Assembly (NCBI GenBank): GCA_965223545.1 | Contig: OZ245006.1 | Span: 7,933,713 to 7,997,712 of the forward strand | Source: Planctomycetota bacterium | Lineage (GTDB): Bacteria; Planctomycetota; UBA1135; UBA2386 | Direction: 5' to 3' | Length of the DNA stretch: 64,000 bases | Shown: positions 36,343 to 46,400 of the stretch, piece by piece | How positions within the stretch are numbered: position 1 is the first letter of the stretch | Layout: each line of letters opens with the position of its first letter | The notes under the pieces: generated by a model | Databases searched by the model: none | What the model was told of the DNA's origin: nothing | Seen by the model: the letters and a program-made list of their open reading frames with translations, nothing else | Program-made: the position numbers and the translations under genes

Positions 36343-37802
36343 AGCAACCAGAGCGCCGCCGCGGTCACCAAGGCGACTGCGGCGGCGTTGAGCCAGACGC
36401 CCGCCCGCATCAGATCACGAACGCCGACGTAGCCGGAGCCGTAGACAATGGCGTTGGGCGGGGTCGCCACCGGCAGCATGAAGGCCATCGAGGTCGACAG
36501 CGCGGCAGCGGCCATCAGCGTGACGGCCGGTACCCCCAGGCCGCTGGCGGTGCCGGCCATGATCGGCATCGCCATCGCGCAGGTCGCCAGGTTGGAAGTG
36601 ATCTCGGTCAAGAACACGAACAGCGCCGCCACCAATGCGAACATCAGCCACGGCGGCAGGGTGCCCAGGCCGGCGACGCCGGAGCCGATCCACGCCGCCA
36701 GACCGGTGTCGTTCATCGCCGTTGCCAGCGACAGCCCGCCGCCGAACAGCACGATGACCTCCCAGGGGAGCGCGGTGGCGGCCTTCCAGTCGAGGGCGCG
36801 TTGGCCGGGTCGCTCTCCCGGCAAGCAAAACAGCACCAGGGCGGCCAGCACCGCGATGGTCGAGTCGCGCATTTCTGGAAGCCAGGTCTGTAGGCCTGGC
36901 AGCTCCCAGCCGCCGAGCTGCTTGGGCGCGCGGAAGACCCAGGCCAACGCGGTCAGCGCGAAGACCAGCGCCACGGCGCGTTCGGTCCGGGTCGGCGGGC
37001 CCTGCGCGCGTCGTTCCGCGGTGAACAGCGCCGCGGCATCGCCGCGCAGAGTTCCCGGCGGGTACAGCCAACCGGTGAGGACGAGCCACGTCGCCGGCAG
37101 GAACACCGCGGCGACCGGCACGCCGACCAGCATCCAGTCGAAGAACCCGATTTGCACGTCGAGCAGCTCCACAGCGGCGGCCGCGAACACCGCGTTGGGC
37201 GGGGTGCCGATCAACGTGCTGACCCCGCCGATGGTGGCGCCGTAGGCGACGCCGAGCAGCAGACAGATGCCGAACTCGTAGGTGCCGACCCGATCGTGCG
37301 GGCGGAACATCTGCGCCACCGCGATTGCGATGGGCAGCATCATCGCGGTGGTCGCGGTGTTGGAGATCCACATCGACAGAAACGCCGACGCCAGCATGAA
37401 GCCGAGCACGAGCCGTCGCGGTTGCGTGCCGACTCTCGCGACGATCGACAGTGCGATGCGGCGGTGCAGCTGGCAGCGTTGCATCGCGATCGCCAGCATG
37501 AAGCCGCCCATCGCCAGGAAGATGATGTCACTGCCGTAGGGCCGGGCGGCGGTCGCCATGTCGCTGACGCCGAGCAGCGGCAGCGCGCACAGCGGAACCA
37601 GGGCGGTGGCGGCGATCGGGATTGCCTCGGTGAGCCACCAGCACGCCATCAGCCAAGTGGTGGCGGCGGTGTACCAAGCTGCGGACGACAACCCCTCGGG
37701 CGGCGAGGTCGTGACGATCACCGCGAAGCCCGTCAGGCCGATGGCGAGGCCGGCGACCGGCAGCCAGCGCCGTGCGCCCGGGTCGTCACCGGTATCGCTC
37801 AT
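36327..37802 (-). CDS. DASS/SLC13 family anion (sulfate/di-tricarboxylate):Na+ symporter
   Basis: 491 aa from the ATG at 37802 (MSDTGDD...). Two hairpin SNT-type motifs, MWISNTATTAMMLPIA and EITSNLATCAMAMPI. Polytopic. The 682-aa track ORF carries a non-credible N-terminal extension. Confidence 0.9.
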   Translation of the reverse strand: MSDTGDDPGARRWLPVAGLAIGLTGFAVIVTTSPPEGLSSAAWYTAATTWLMACWWLTEAIPIAATALVPLCALPLLGVSDMATAARPYGSDIIFLAMGGFMLAIAMQRCQLHRRIALSIVARVGTQPRRLVLGFMLASAFLSMWISNTATTAMMLPIAIAVAQMFRPHDRVGTYEFGICLLLGVAYGATIGGVSTLIGTPPNAVFAAAAVELLDVQIGFFDWMLVGVPVAAVFLPATWLVLTGWLYPPGTLRGDAAALFTAERRAQGPPTRTERAVALVFALTALAWVFRAPKQLGGWELPGLQTWLPEMRDSTIAVLAALVLFCLPGERPGQRALDWKAATALPWEVIVLFGGGLSLATAMNDTGLAAWIGSGVAGLGTLPPWLMFALVAALFVFLTEITSNLATCAMAMPIMAGTASGLGVPAVTLMAAAALSTSMAFMLPVATPPNAIVYGSGYVGVRDLMRAGVWLNAAAVALVTAAALWLLPALQ

Positions 37803-38188
37803 CGGGGGACGGCGGGGAACACGACCTCGAGCGACGGGAAGCGAGCCTGCATGAACTCGAGCGCCAGCCACGTGTGGCAGCGCCGGACGTCGGGGTTGGT
37901 GGCCGTCGGACAGCTGCAGCCGAGCCAGACGTCGCCAGCCGTCGCCTGCGCCGCGAGCGCGGCGAACGGCGCCGGGTCTTGTCGGAAGCGCGCCGCCAAG
38001 AGGGCGCGGTAGTTGCGCGCGAAAGTGCGCCAAGTCGATGTCGCCGGCGCCTCGAGATAGAGGCGTACGGCCTCCCTGTCTGGCCGCAGGCAGTGCTTTG
38101 TGTGCATGCGCGTGTCCTGTCGCGAACCGGCGGGTAGGGGATCGTCCGGCGGGCGGCGGCCGCGCGACATCCGGTAGCGGGACAGCAT
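37799..38188 (-). CDS. Small conserved-looking hypothetical protein (possibly DUF488-like)
   Basis: 129-aa ORF, or 102 aa from the ATG at 38107. GC3-rich frame. Its stop overlaps the DASS start (ATGA at 37799-37802). The pattern W-x2-F-x3-Y...GDVWLGCSCP...RRCHTWLA loosely resembles DUF488 C-terminal halves. Confidence 0.45.
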   Translation of the reverse strand: MLSRYRMSRGRRPPDDPLPAGSRQDTRMHTKHCLRPDREAVRLYLEAPATSTWRTFARNYRALLAARFRQDPAPFAALAAQATAGDVWLGCSCPTATNPDVRRCHTWLALEFMQARFPSLEVVFPAVPR

Positions 38189-38250
38189 GGCCAGAGTATC
38201 GCGCCGCTCCGCGCTGCGGTCGAGCGCTCCGCGGCGGCACGCTGCAGCGG

Positions 38251-39969
38251 CTATCGACTGCCGCGTTTGGCGAGAAGGTGCGCCGCCACGGCCTCGGCGA
38301 TCCAGTCGTAGCCTCGATCGGTGCAGTGACCGTCGGCGATGAACAAGTCGGCGCGCGGGAGAGTGGTCTCGGCAAAACGCTGCTGGGTGTCGATCAACGG
38401 TGTGCCGGTGCCGCGGGCGAACTCGCGCAGGACGGGTTCGAGGTCGCGCATGGGCTCGGGGTAGGTCAGCAGCACGAGAGTCGCCCCGCGCTGGCGGCAG
38501 AGCGACGCGATCGCCTGCAAGTGGCGCGCGTAGACGGACGCGACGCTGCCGGCGTCGGCGAGCGCGCGGTCGATGGCGTCGCGGGCCGAGGTGCGCGCGG
38601 GACCGCTGAGGTCGAGTGCTTGCAGCACTCGTTCGACCGTTGGGTCGTCGAGCGCTTCACGGTGGCGGCGCAGCAGCCGCACCGCGACGGCCCAGTCCCC
38701 GCTGGCGACCCCGGCGAGGAGGGCGTCGCCCAGCGCGACCGTCGGCTCCCCGGCGAGCAGCCTGAGGTTGGAGCGGGTTGCCAAGAACGCGGCGTACTGA
38801 TCCGGCGAGTCCCGCAGTGCGGCGGCGGCCCGGTCGGCTGCGGCGAGCACGCGATCGCGAAAGCGGGCGTCGGTCAGCGCCGCCTCGAACACTCCCCGCC
38901 ACAGCTCCGGCTGCGAAGGGTCTGTGGCCAGCTCCTGTAGAGCGGTGGGAACTCCCTCGTCGAGTCGGCGCGTGGCCAACAACGCACCGGCCAGGGCAGC
39001 CCGCGCTGCCGGCGAGGGGTCGGCGCGCAGGCCCGCCAGCGCGTCGTCCCGCCGGCGCGCGTCGCCGGCGCGGTGCGCGAGCTCGGCGGCGAGGGCGCGC
39101 CCCGGCACGGACTCTCGCAACGCCGTGGCCGCGCCGGCAAGCGCGGCGTCGGCGGCCTCGAGCTCGCCGCGCGCCAGCGCGCGGCGGGCGACATCCAGCG
39201 CGTCGCCCGGCGGCGGCCCGCGCTGCAGGACCAGCGCACCGCCGGGCAGGTCGTCGCCGCGCAGGTGCAGGCGATCGCCGCGCAGCCGCCACTGCACGGT
39301 GCGCCGGTCGTCGCCGCTGCCGAAGTGCAACACCTCGCCATCGACCCGCCATGGCGCGACGATGCCGAGAAACCGCAGGGTGCCGTCGGCGAGGAAGGTG
39401 CAGCCGGCGCCGTCTGCGTGCCAGTCGCCGATCAGCTCTGCGCCGCCCGTCTCCGCTGAGCCTTGCTCGTCGAAGTGGCGGACGATGCGCTGGATGAGCG
39501 CCTTCGTGCGCCAACGCCATTCGAAGCCGGCGGGCGCGTCGCCGGTGCTCCGCGCCTCGGCCACGGTGACCTCCGGATCGAGGCTGGTGGGGTCGTTGTA
39601 GCCGATGAGCACGCAGACGGTGTGCGGCGCGTGGGTGCGCAGGTGTTCGTCCAAACGGCGCAGCAGGTCGGCGGACGAGGCGCCGGGGACCCCTCGATTG
39701 AGCACCGCGTAGCGGCGCGGGGCCGCCTGCTCCAGCCGCTGGGCGAGACGCGCGGGGTAGCTGGCCTCCCGCGACGCGGCGCCGAGGCCGTAGGTGAACG
39801 AGTCGCCGACGCAGAGGACCGTGTGGGCCCCATCCCTGGCGGTCTCCGAGCGGTGGACCGCGCGCAGAGTGCGCCAGTTCCAATAGGCGCCCACCTGCAT
39901 CACCACCTCGAGCGCCAGGAGTCCGAACACGACTCCCAGCAGCACCGCCGCCCCTCGCCGAGCACGCAT
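38251..39969 (-). CDS. Membrane-anchored SGNH/GDSL-family hydrolase interrupted by a large beta/TPR-like insertion
   Basis: 572 aa from the ATG at 39969. TM AAVLLGVVFGLLALEVV. SGNH block I VLCVGDSFTYG, block II LNRGVPGASS, block III VLIGYNDP. The block V-like FIADGHCTDRGYDW appears only ~25 aa from the C-terminus. Confidence 0.7.
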   Translation of the reverse strand: MRARRGAAVLLGVVFGLLALEVVMQVGAYWNWRTLRAVHRSETARDGAHTVLCVGDSFTYGLGAASREASYPARLAQRLEQAAPRRYAVLNRGVPGASSADLLRRLDEHLRTHAPHTVCVLIGYNDPTSLDPEVTVAEARSTGDAPAGFEWRWRTKALIQRIVRHFDEQGSAETGGAELIGDWHADGAGCTFLADGTLRFLGIVAPWRVDGEVLHFGSGDDRRTVQWRLRGDRLHLRGDDLPGGALVLQRGPPPGDALDVARRALARGELEAADAALAGAATALRESVPGRALAAELAHRAGDARRRDDALAGLRADPSPAARAALAGALLATRRLDEGVPTALQELATDPSQPELWRGVFEAALTDARFRDRVLAAADRAAAALRDSPDQYAAFLATRSNLRLLAGEPTVALGDALLAGVASGDWAVAVRLLRRHREALDDPTVERVLQALDLSGPARTSARDAIDRALADAGSVASVYARHLQAIASLCRQRGATLVLLTYPEPMRDLEPVLREFARGTGTPLIDTQQRFAETTLPRADLFIADGHCTDRGYDWIAEAVAAHLLAKRGSR

Positions 39970-40006
39970 CAGCGGGGCGGCGACCCGCCGCTCGTGGCGG
40001 GGCGGG

Positions 40007-41752
40007 TCACAGTGTCCCGCGCACGGTGGCGTCGAGTGCCTTCTCGGCGCGGAACTCGATCTCGAAGGCGGTGCCGGGGGCGCCGCGCACGATCCAGCGG
40101 GCTTGCCAACGGCCGTGACCCGGTACGCCACCCTCGCGCCGCAGGGTTTGCGGCGCGCGCTCCTGCAGGTCGATGCGCTGCAGCCGGAAGCGGTCGGTGG
40201 GCTCGCCGCCGGCCAACACTTCGATGCCGTCGCCGCGCAGCGTCAGGCGGTCGGGCAAACCGATCTGCTTGGCCGCGGCGTGCGCCGAGCGCGTCGGGAT
40301 CGTCCGCGCGTTGCGCACCTCGACGTCGACGTAGTGCAGCCCGCCCGGCGCCGGCTGGACCCGGGGCGCCGAGAGCGTGGTCTCGGGCATCTCGCCGGCG
40401 TGGTAGATGACGAACGCGGCGTTGCGGTGCAGCTCCTCCTCCATCAGCCAGGTCGGTGGCAGGCGGCCGGTCATCTTCGCCGCGCCGCCGATCTCGATCG
40501 CACCGTACAGCGGGTGCTCGTAGCTGCGCCACGGCCGGTAGCTCTCGCCGAGCGTGAGCCGATCCTCCCAGCGCCGGCGGTCCTCGGCCGACAGGCGCTC
40601 GTCGTCCTGCATCATGCGACTGCGCGCCCACATCTCGTTGGTGAACGAGAAGATGCCAAGGCCTTCATAGGTCCAGTTCACGAAGCCGCCCCACACCGTG
40701 TAGAGATCCTTGTGGATCACCATGTAGCGGTAGAACGGCAGCAAGAACTCGCCCTCGCGCCCGAGGGTGTCGTACACCGCGACGTCGGCGCGCGGGTACT
40801 CGCCGTAGTCGGCATAGCCCGGTCCGCGCAAGATCATCCCGCCGGCGTTGTGGAACGCCTGGCAGCCGGCGATGTTGGGATGCGCCAGGATGAAGTCGGC
40901 GACCGCGCGGGATTCGGGTTGCGACAGCGGATACGCCCCGGCGCCGAACTGCACGTAGCCGGGTGCCCAGCCCGACGGCCAGTTGCGATTGAGGTCGTAG
41001 CCCCCGGGACCGTCCTCGTTGACCCGTCCGTCGCCGTCGTTGTCGATGCCCTCGCTGCCGAGCATCAACCAGTCGCCCTGCTGTTCTCCGCGCACGCGCT
41101 CCATCAGGCCGGGATGGTCGCGCAGCTCGCGGTGGGTGCCCTCGCCGAGCGGGACGCGCTTGCGCATCTGCGTGATGTGGCCGTCGCCGTCGAGGTCGTC
41201 TGCGGGGTCTTCGTCGGCGCGGCCGTCGAGGTCGCTGTCGACCGGCATCGCGCCGGAGCGGAACGACGAGCTGGTGTTGGCCTCGGCAAACCAGTGCACG
41301 CGTGCGTCGACGTTCACCGACGGCACGATGTAGAGCGCGACGCGGTCGAGCAGCGCGGTGATCTGCTCCACCCGGCCATAGCGCTCGAGCAGATAGCAAA
41401 CGGTGTACAGGTTGGCCTCCGCCCCCTGCACCTCGTTGCCGTGGATGTTGGCGTCACTGTAGAACGCGGGCTTGTCGGTGTGCGCGCCGGTGCGCGGGTT
41501 GTGGACGATCAAGATCCACAGGTCGCGGCCCTCGGTGCTCTGGCCGATCGTGCGCGCCTCCACCATTTCCGGCCAGGTCGCGGCGATGCGCTGCACGAGC
41601 TGGACGATCTCGTCGTAGTCGTAGAGGCGATTCCAGTGCACCGGCAGCTTGAGCACTGGCGCGCCCTGCGCGGTGACCGCGGGGGCGATGGCCCCGGCGC
41701 CGAACAAAGCGGCCGCGCCGGCCGCGAACGCGTGCAACTTGCGAAGGGTCAT
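40007..41752 (-). CDS. Secreted M14-family zinc carboxypeptidase
   Basis: 581 aa from the ATG at 41752. Signal MTLRKLHAFAAGAAALFGAGAIAPAVTAQG. Zn motif ANIHGNE (HxxE), substrate motif DLNRNW, later FHNAGG and FTNEMW. Asp-rich DxDGDG insertions. Confidence 0.9.
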   Translation of the reverse strand: MTLRKLHAFAAGAAALFGAGAIAPAVTAQGAPVLKLPVHWNRLYDYDEIVQLVQRIAATWPEMVEARTIGQSTEGRDLWILIVHNPRTGAHTDKPAFYSDANIHGNEVQGAEANLYTVCYLLERYGRVEQITALLDRVALYIVPSVNVDARVHWFAEANTSSSFRSGAMPVDSDLDGRADEDPADDLDGDGHITQMRKRVPLGEGTHRELRDHPGLMERVRGEQQGDWLMLGSEGIDNDGDGRVNEDGPGGYDLNRNWPSGWAPGYVQFGAGAYPLSQPESRAVADFILAHPNIAGCQAFHNAGGMILRGPGYADYGEYPRADVAVYDTLGREGEFLLPFYRYMVIHKDLYTVWGGFVNWTYEGLGIFSFTNEMWARSRMMQDDERLSAEDRRRWEDRLTLGESYRPWRSYEHPLYGAIEIGGAAKMTGRLPPTWLMEEELHRNAAFVIYHAGEMPETTLSAPRVQPAPGGLHYVDVEVRNARTIPTRSAHAAAKQIGLPDRLTLRGDGIEVLAGGEPTDRFRLQRIDLQERAPQTLRREGGVPGHGRWQARWIVRGAPGTAFEIEFRAEKALDATVRGTL

Positions 41753-43326
41753 GGCAGGGTCACCTCGGCGCGGTCGCGGCCGGCGAAATCGGTAGTCAGG
41801 TCGAGGGTGAGGACGGTGCCGGGCGTGCCGTGCACCCACCACTGCAGCTCTTGCCGGCCGCCCGCCGGCAGGTTGTCGGTGGTCTGCTGCGGACGGCCTG
41901 CGAGGAGCGCGGCACCGCCGATGGCGAGGCTCAGTCGCGGCCGGCTGAAGCGCCGGCTCTTCGCCGAGATCGCGCTCAGGGCCGCCGCGCGCCCGTCGTT
42001 GACGACCGCGGCCTTGACCAGATAGGCGCCACCGCCGTGCGCTTCGGCGGCGAACGAGTCGATGCGGCAGCGCGGCCGCAGCTCGAGCAGCGCCAGCAGT
42101 GCTCGGTGGTGGCCGTCGAACAGGGTCTGCCGCTCGTCGTCCCCGAGCAGCGCGCCGACGGGTAGCTGGGCAAACCCGCCGATCTCGACCGCGCCGTGCT
42201 GCGGGTGATCGACCCGGTGCCACGCGACGAAGCCGCGGCCGGCGGCCGTACAGAGCGCGTACCGGACGCGGTCTTCGGTGCTGCGCTGCTCGTCGTCGGA
42301 GTCGGGTTGGGGCGGACGCCAGAGATCGGCGGCGAACGCGGGCACACCGACGTCACAGTACAGCCACGACCACGTGCTGCCGTCGTGGCGGTCGCGGGCC
42401 TTGCCCTTGCGGCCCGTCGCATCGCGGTAGGCCTCGCCGGCGGCCTCGTAGAGCGCGGTGTCGCCGGCGAGAATGCCGCCGAGCGGCGCCCGGCGGTCGC
42501 CCTTGTCGGTCTTCGGAGTCGACAGCAGCGTGTCGTCCGGCCCGTAGACCAGTGCCATGCCGATGTTGCGCTGCGCGAAGACGAAGTCGGCCAGCGCGCG
42601 GCTCTCCGGTTCACCCAAGGCGAGACCACCGGTGGCGCGGTCGAACTCGGCGAAGTCGTGCGAGAAGCCGCGGTGCAGCTGCGCGCCGTCGCCGGGATCC
42701 TCGTCGACTTCACCGTCGCCGTCGTTGTCGATTCCCTCGGCCGCCACCTCGAACTCACCGCGTTCGCCGGCGGCGGGGTCGGCCCGTCGCATGAGCTGAG
42801 GCATCTCTTCGTCGATCAGCCACGTGCCCTCGGGGCTGCGCCAGCGCATCTGCGCGATGAGTCCGTCGCCGTCGAGGTCGTCGTGGGGGTCCTCGTCGGT
42901 GGCCCCGTCGCGGTCGAGATCGATGGCTCTGGCGTTTCCGCTGCGGCCGAGCGCCGCGCCGTCGGGATTGAGCTGGGGGATGACGTACAACACCGTTCCG
43001 GTGAGAAGGTCGTCGGCCTCGGCGGCCCCGTCGGCGTCGATCAGGGTCTGCACGTGGTGTAGGGCGAGCTCGCCGCTCAAGCCGTAGTGGGCGTGTGCTC
43101 CGGCGACCAGGAGCACGCCCGGCCGCCGGTCGAGCGCGTCGGCGTCGCCGCGACCGACCACCAGCAGACCGATTTCGCGGTCGCCTCGCGAGCGGCCGAT
43201 CGACCGGTAGCGGACGACATCGGGGGCGGCCTCGGCGAGGGCGCGTGCTCGTTCGGCGGTATCTTGCGGTGGCGCGGGTGGAAGGGCGGCGATGAGGGCG
43301 GCGCTGGAGAGGACGGCGGCGAGCAT
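41749..43326 (-). CDS. M14-like paralogue with degenerate catalytic motifs (putative pseudo-peptidase)
   Basis: 525 aa. Signal-like MLAAVLSSAALIAALPPAPP. Same architecture and DxDGDG insertions as the downstream gene. AGAHAHY replaces IHGNE, QLHRGF replaces DLNRNW, and FAADLW replaces FTNEMW. Its stop overlaps the next start (ATGA at 41749-41752). Confidence 0.75.
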   Translation of the reverse strand: MLAAVLSSAALIAALPPAPPQDTAERARALAEAAPDVVRYRSIGRSRGDREIGLLVVGRGDADALDRRPGVLLVAGAHAHYGLSGELALHHVQTLIDADGAAEADDLLTGTVLYVIPQLNPDGAALGRSGNARAIDLDRDGATDEDPHDDLDGDGLIAQMRWRSPEGTWLIDEEMPQLMRRADPAAGERGEFEVAAEGIDNDGDGEVDEDPGDGAQLHRGFSHDFAEFDRATGGLALGEPESRALADFVFAQRNIGMALVYGPDDTLLSTPKTDKGDRRAPLGGILAGDTALYEAAGEAYRDATGRKGKARDRHDGSTWSWLYCDVGVPAFAADLWRPPQPDSDDEQRSTEDRVRYALCTAAGRGFVAWHRVDHPQHGAVEIGGFAQLPVGALLGDDERQTLFDGHHRALLALLELRPRCRIDSFAAEAHGGGAYLVKAAVVNDGRAAALSAISAKSRRFSRPRLSLAIGGAALLAGRPQQTTDNLPAGGRQELQWWVHGTPGTVLTLDLTTDFAGRDRAEVTLP

Positions 43327-43401
43327 GGTTGCGCCATGTTACGCCGGCCACCGCGCCGCGGTGAGCGGTTCAAGAACTGGAACTCCGAGGCGACGCCGGG
43401 C

Positions 43402-46400
43402 ATGGTCTGCCTGTCGATGACCAGCTTGTTGCGGCGTGCAGTGCGATCTCTGGTGTGTCTCACCATCGCCAGCTGGGCCCCGGCGCAGCGTCCGCCCAAC
43501 ATCGTGCTGATCGTGATCGACGACCTGGGAGCGCACGACCTGGGCTGCGACGGCAGCAGCTACCACGAAACGCCGCGCATCGACGGGTTGGCGCGCGAAG
43601 GCGTGCGCTGCACGCAGGCCTACGCTGCCAGCGCCGTCGGATCGCCGTCACGGGCGGCCTTGCTGACGGGGCGGCACCCCGCGCGCTACGGCATGACCGA
43701 GATGCTGCGCAGCGGCTCGCTCGCCGCGCGGCGCGCCGCGGCGCTGCGGCGCCAGCCCGCGGGGGAGACGCAGCGCGAAGGAGCGGCGACGCGTACGCCG
43801 CGCGGTGCGGCGTGGCTGCCCCTGGCGGAGGTCACAGTGGCCGAGCAGCTCGCGGCGTGGGGATATGCCACCGGTCACGTCGGCAAATGGCATCTGGGCA
43901 TCGACGACTTCGGGCCGCGGGCGCAGGGATTCGCGTGGAGCGTCGGCAGCAGCCCGTACGACCGGCCGCCGAGCTACACGGCGCCGTACCAAAGGAACCG
44001 GATCAAAGGCTTGGAGGGGTTGGAGGATGCGCCGCAGGGCGAGTACCTCACCACGCGAGAAGCTGCAGAAGCCGTCGGATTCATCGAGCGACAAGGGGCG
44101 GAGCCGTTCTTCTTGTACCTGGCACACCACGCGGTGCACCTGCCGCTGTCGGCCGAGCCGGCGCGCGTGCCCGCGTTTCGCGCCAAGCCGACGGGGTACC
44201 AGCGGCAGCCGGAGTACGCCGCGATGCTGGCGAGTGTCGACGCCGCGGTGGGGGCCGTGCTCGACGCGCTCGACCGCGGCGGCTTGACCCGCGACACTCT
44301 GGTTTGGCTGACCTCGGACAACGGGGGCGTGGTGCATGCTCCCGCGACCAGCAACCATCCGCTGCGGGCGGGCAAGGGCTACCCGTACGAGGGCGGCGTG
44401 CGCGTCCCGCTGGTGGTTCGCTATCCGGCGCGGCTACCCGCTGGGGCGGTGTGTGAGCAGGTCGTCAGCGGCCTCGACTTCGCGCCGACGGTTGCCGCCT
44501 TGGTCGGCGCCGCCGATTCCGGCGGGGAGGCGATCCCGGCGATGGATGGTGTCGACGCGATGCCGTGGTTGGCGGGTGCTCCGGCGACAGGGCCGCGCAC
44601 CCTGCTGTGGCACTTCCCCCACGAGCTGCGCGGCGGCCGCATCGGTCCGTACGCGGCGCTGCGGAGCGGTCCGTGGAAGCTGGTGCGGTGGTTCGAGAGC
44701 GGTCGGCGCGAGCTGTACGACCTGACCGCCGATCCGGGCGAGCGTTTCGATCGGGACGACCCGGCGGCGCCGTCGGCGCGTCTCGATGCCGCCTTGGAGG
44801 CCGCGCTGGCCGCGGTGGGCGCCCGCTTGCCGACGCCGGTCGTGGCCACGCCGGCCGTCGAGCGGCCGCCGCCGCCGGCGTCCGCCGGTGAGTTCCGTGC
44901 CGGCTGGGACGAGGGCGTCGATCGGGCGTGGGTGGGGGCGGCGTACTGGGCGCAACCGTTGCACGACTGGCGCCTGCGCGCGGGCCGTGTCGAGGTCCTG
45001 GATCCGGCGCCCAACCGCGGATTGCACCTGTTGACGCATTGGTTGGCCGACGGGGCGCAGGCGCCGTTCGAATGCGAAGTCGAGATCGGCCGTCTACACG
45101 GTGGGCGTGGCAACGCCGGTTTCGCCGTGGGCGTGCGCGGTGGGCGCGACTATCGCTCGGCGGCAGTGCGCGGCGCCGGCATGTTCTTCGGCGTCAGCAG
45201 CGATGGCCGGTTGTTCTTGGACACCCCGGTCGGCGCGGCGCCGAACCCGGCAGTGGCGGCTCTGGCGCAGATGCAGCTGCGGTTGCGTGCCGAGCCCGAC
45301 GACGGCCGGTTCTCGGTGCGGCTGTCGGTGCACGCTGCGGCCGGCGCGGAGGCCATCGCCAGCGCGGAGTTCCTGGTGCCGCGGGTCCACGTCGGCGGTG
45401 GGCTTGCCTTGATCAACAACTACCGGCTGCCGGGGCGCCGCTCGGGCGCGTTCGAGGCACGGCACTGGTTCGGCGACTGGGTGGTGCGCGGAGAGGCTGT
45501 GCGCGAAGACCCGTCCCGTGCCTACGGTCCGCTTTGGTTCACGCAGCACAGCGTCGACCGTGGGGTGCTCCGGCTGAGCGCGCAGCTGGCACCGGCCGCC
45601 GGCGTGGGCGAGGCCGAGCTGTGGCTCGATGACGGCGCTGGTTGGCAGCTGGCGCAGAGTGCTTCGGTCGACCCCGTCGCCGCCAACGCCGTGTTTCAGG
45701 TGCCCGACTTCGACGCGACGACCCGGCACCGCTACCGCGTCGTTGCCGTGGGCGCGGCTTCGGCCGATGCGCTCGAGGGCAGCGTGCGGCCACCGAAGGA
45801 AGCGGGGCTGGTGCACGTCGCGGCGGTGCGGGGCCACGCCGAGCGGACCTTCCCGCACGGGGCGTTGGTGGACAATCTGCGCGAGGCCGATCCGGACGTG
45901 CTGTTGTTCGCCGGTGGTCAGATCGGGCCCCGCCCGCTGCCGGAGGCGGGCGAGGAACGGATGGTCGCGGCCTACCTCGGACGGCTCGGGGTGTTTGGCT
46001 GGGCGTTCGGCGATCTGCTGCGCGATCGGTTGAGCCTGATGCTGCTCGATCCGCACGGCGGCCCCTCACCGAGGGTCGGGCGCGGGGGCGGCGCGGGAGC
46101 CGCGCTGGATTTGGTCGTGCGGCGCACTTTGGCCGGTCATCTGCCCACGCCGACGGCGGCTGCCGGCGGCGAGCGCTACCGCGCGGTGGCGTACGGCGGG
46201 GTGGGCTTCGCGCTGCTCGACTTTGGCGACGGCACCGCGCCGGAGCTGGTGAGTGACCCGCAGCTGGAGTTCCTGCGCGGGTGGAGTCGCGACTGGCGCG
46301 GTGTCGAGCTCAAGATCGCCTGTGCGCCGCAGCTGCTGGCCGCGATGCCGAGCGGCGCGAATGCCACCGCGCCGTGGCCGCGGGCCCAGCGCGACGAGAT

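Noticed and set aside
37803-38375. N-terminal extension of the DASS transporter ORF; similar extensions occur at 41753-42223 and 43087-43401
   Set aside because: The extensions are Arg/Pro-rich and overlap upstream genes. Internal ATGs give proteins with proper N-termini (signal peptide or family-typical start), and two of them form ATGA overlaps with the upstream stop.
43639-43641. Possibility that the sulfatase nucleophile codon is a disguised Sec/Cys codon
   Set aside because: The codon is GGA, one substitution from TGA or TGC, but as given it encodes Gly and the ORF is uninterrupted. I found no same-frame ORF pair split by TGA that would indicate a selenoprotein in this window, though my check was not exhaustive.
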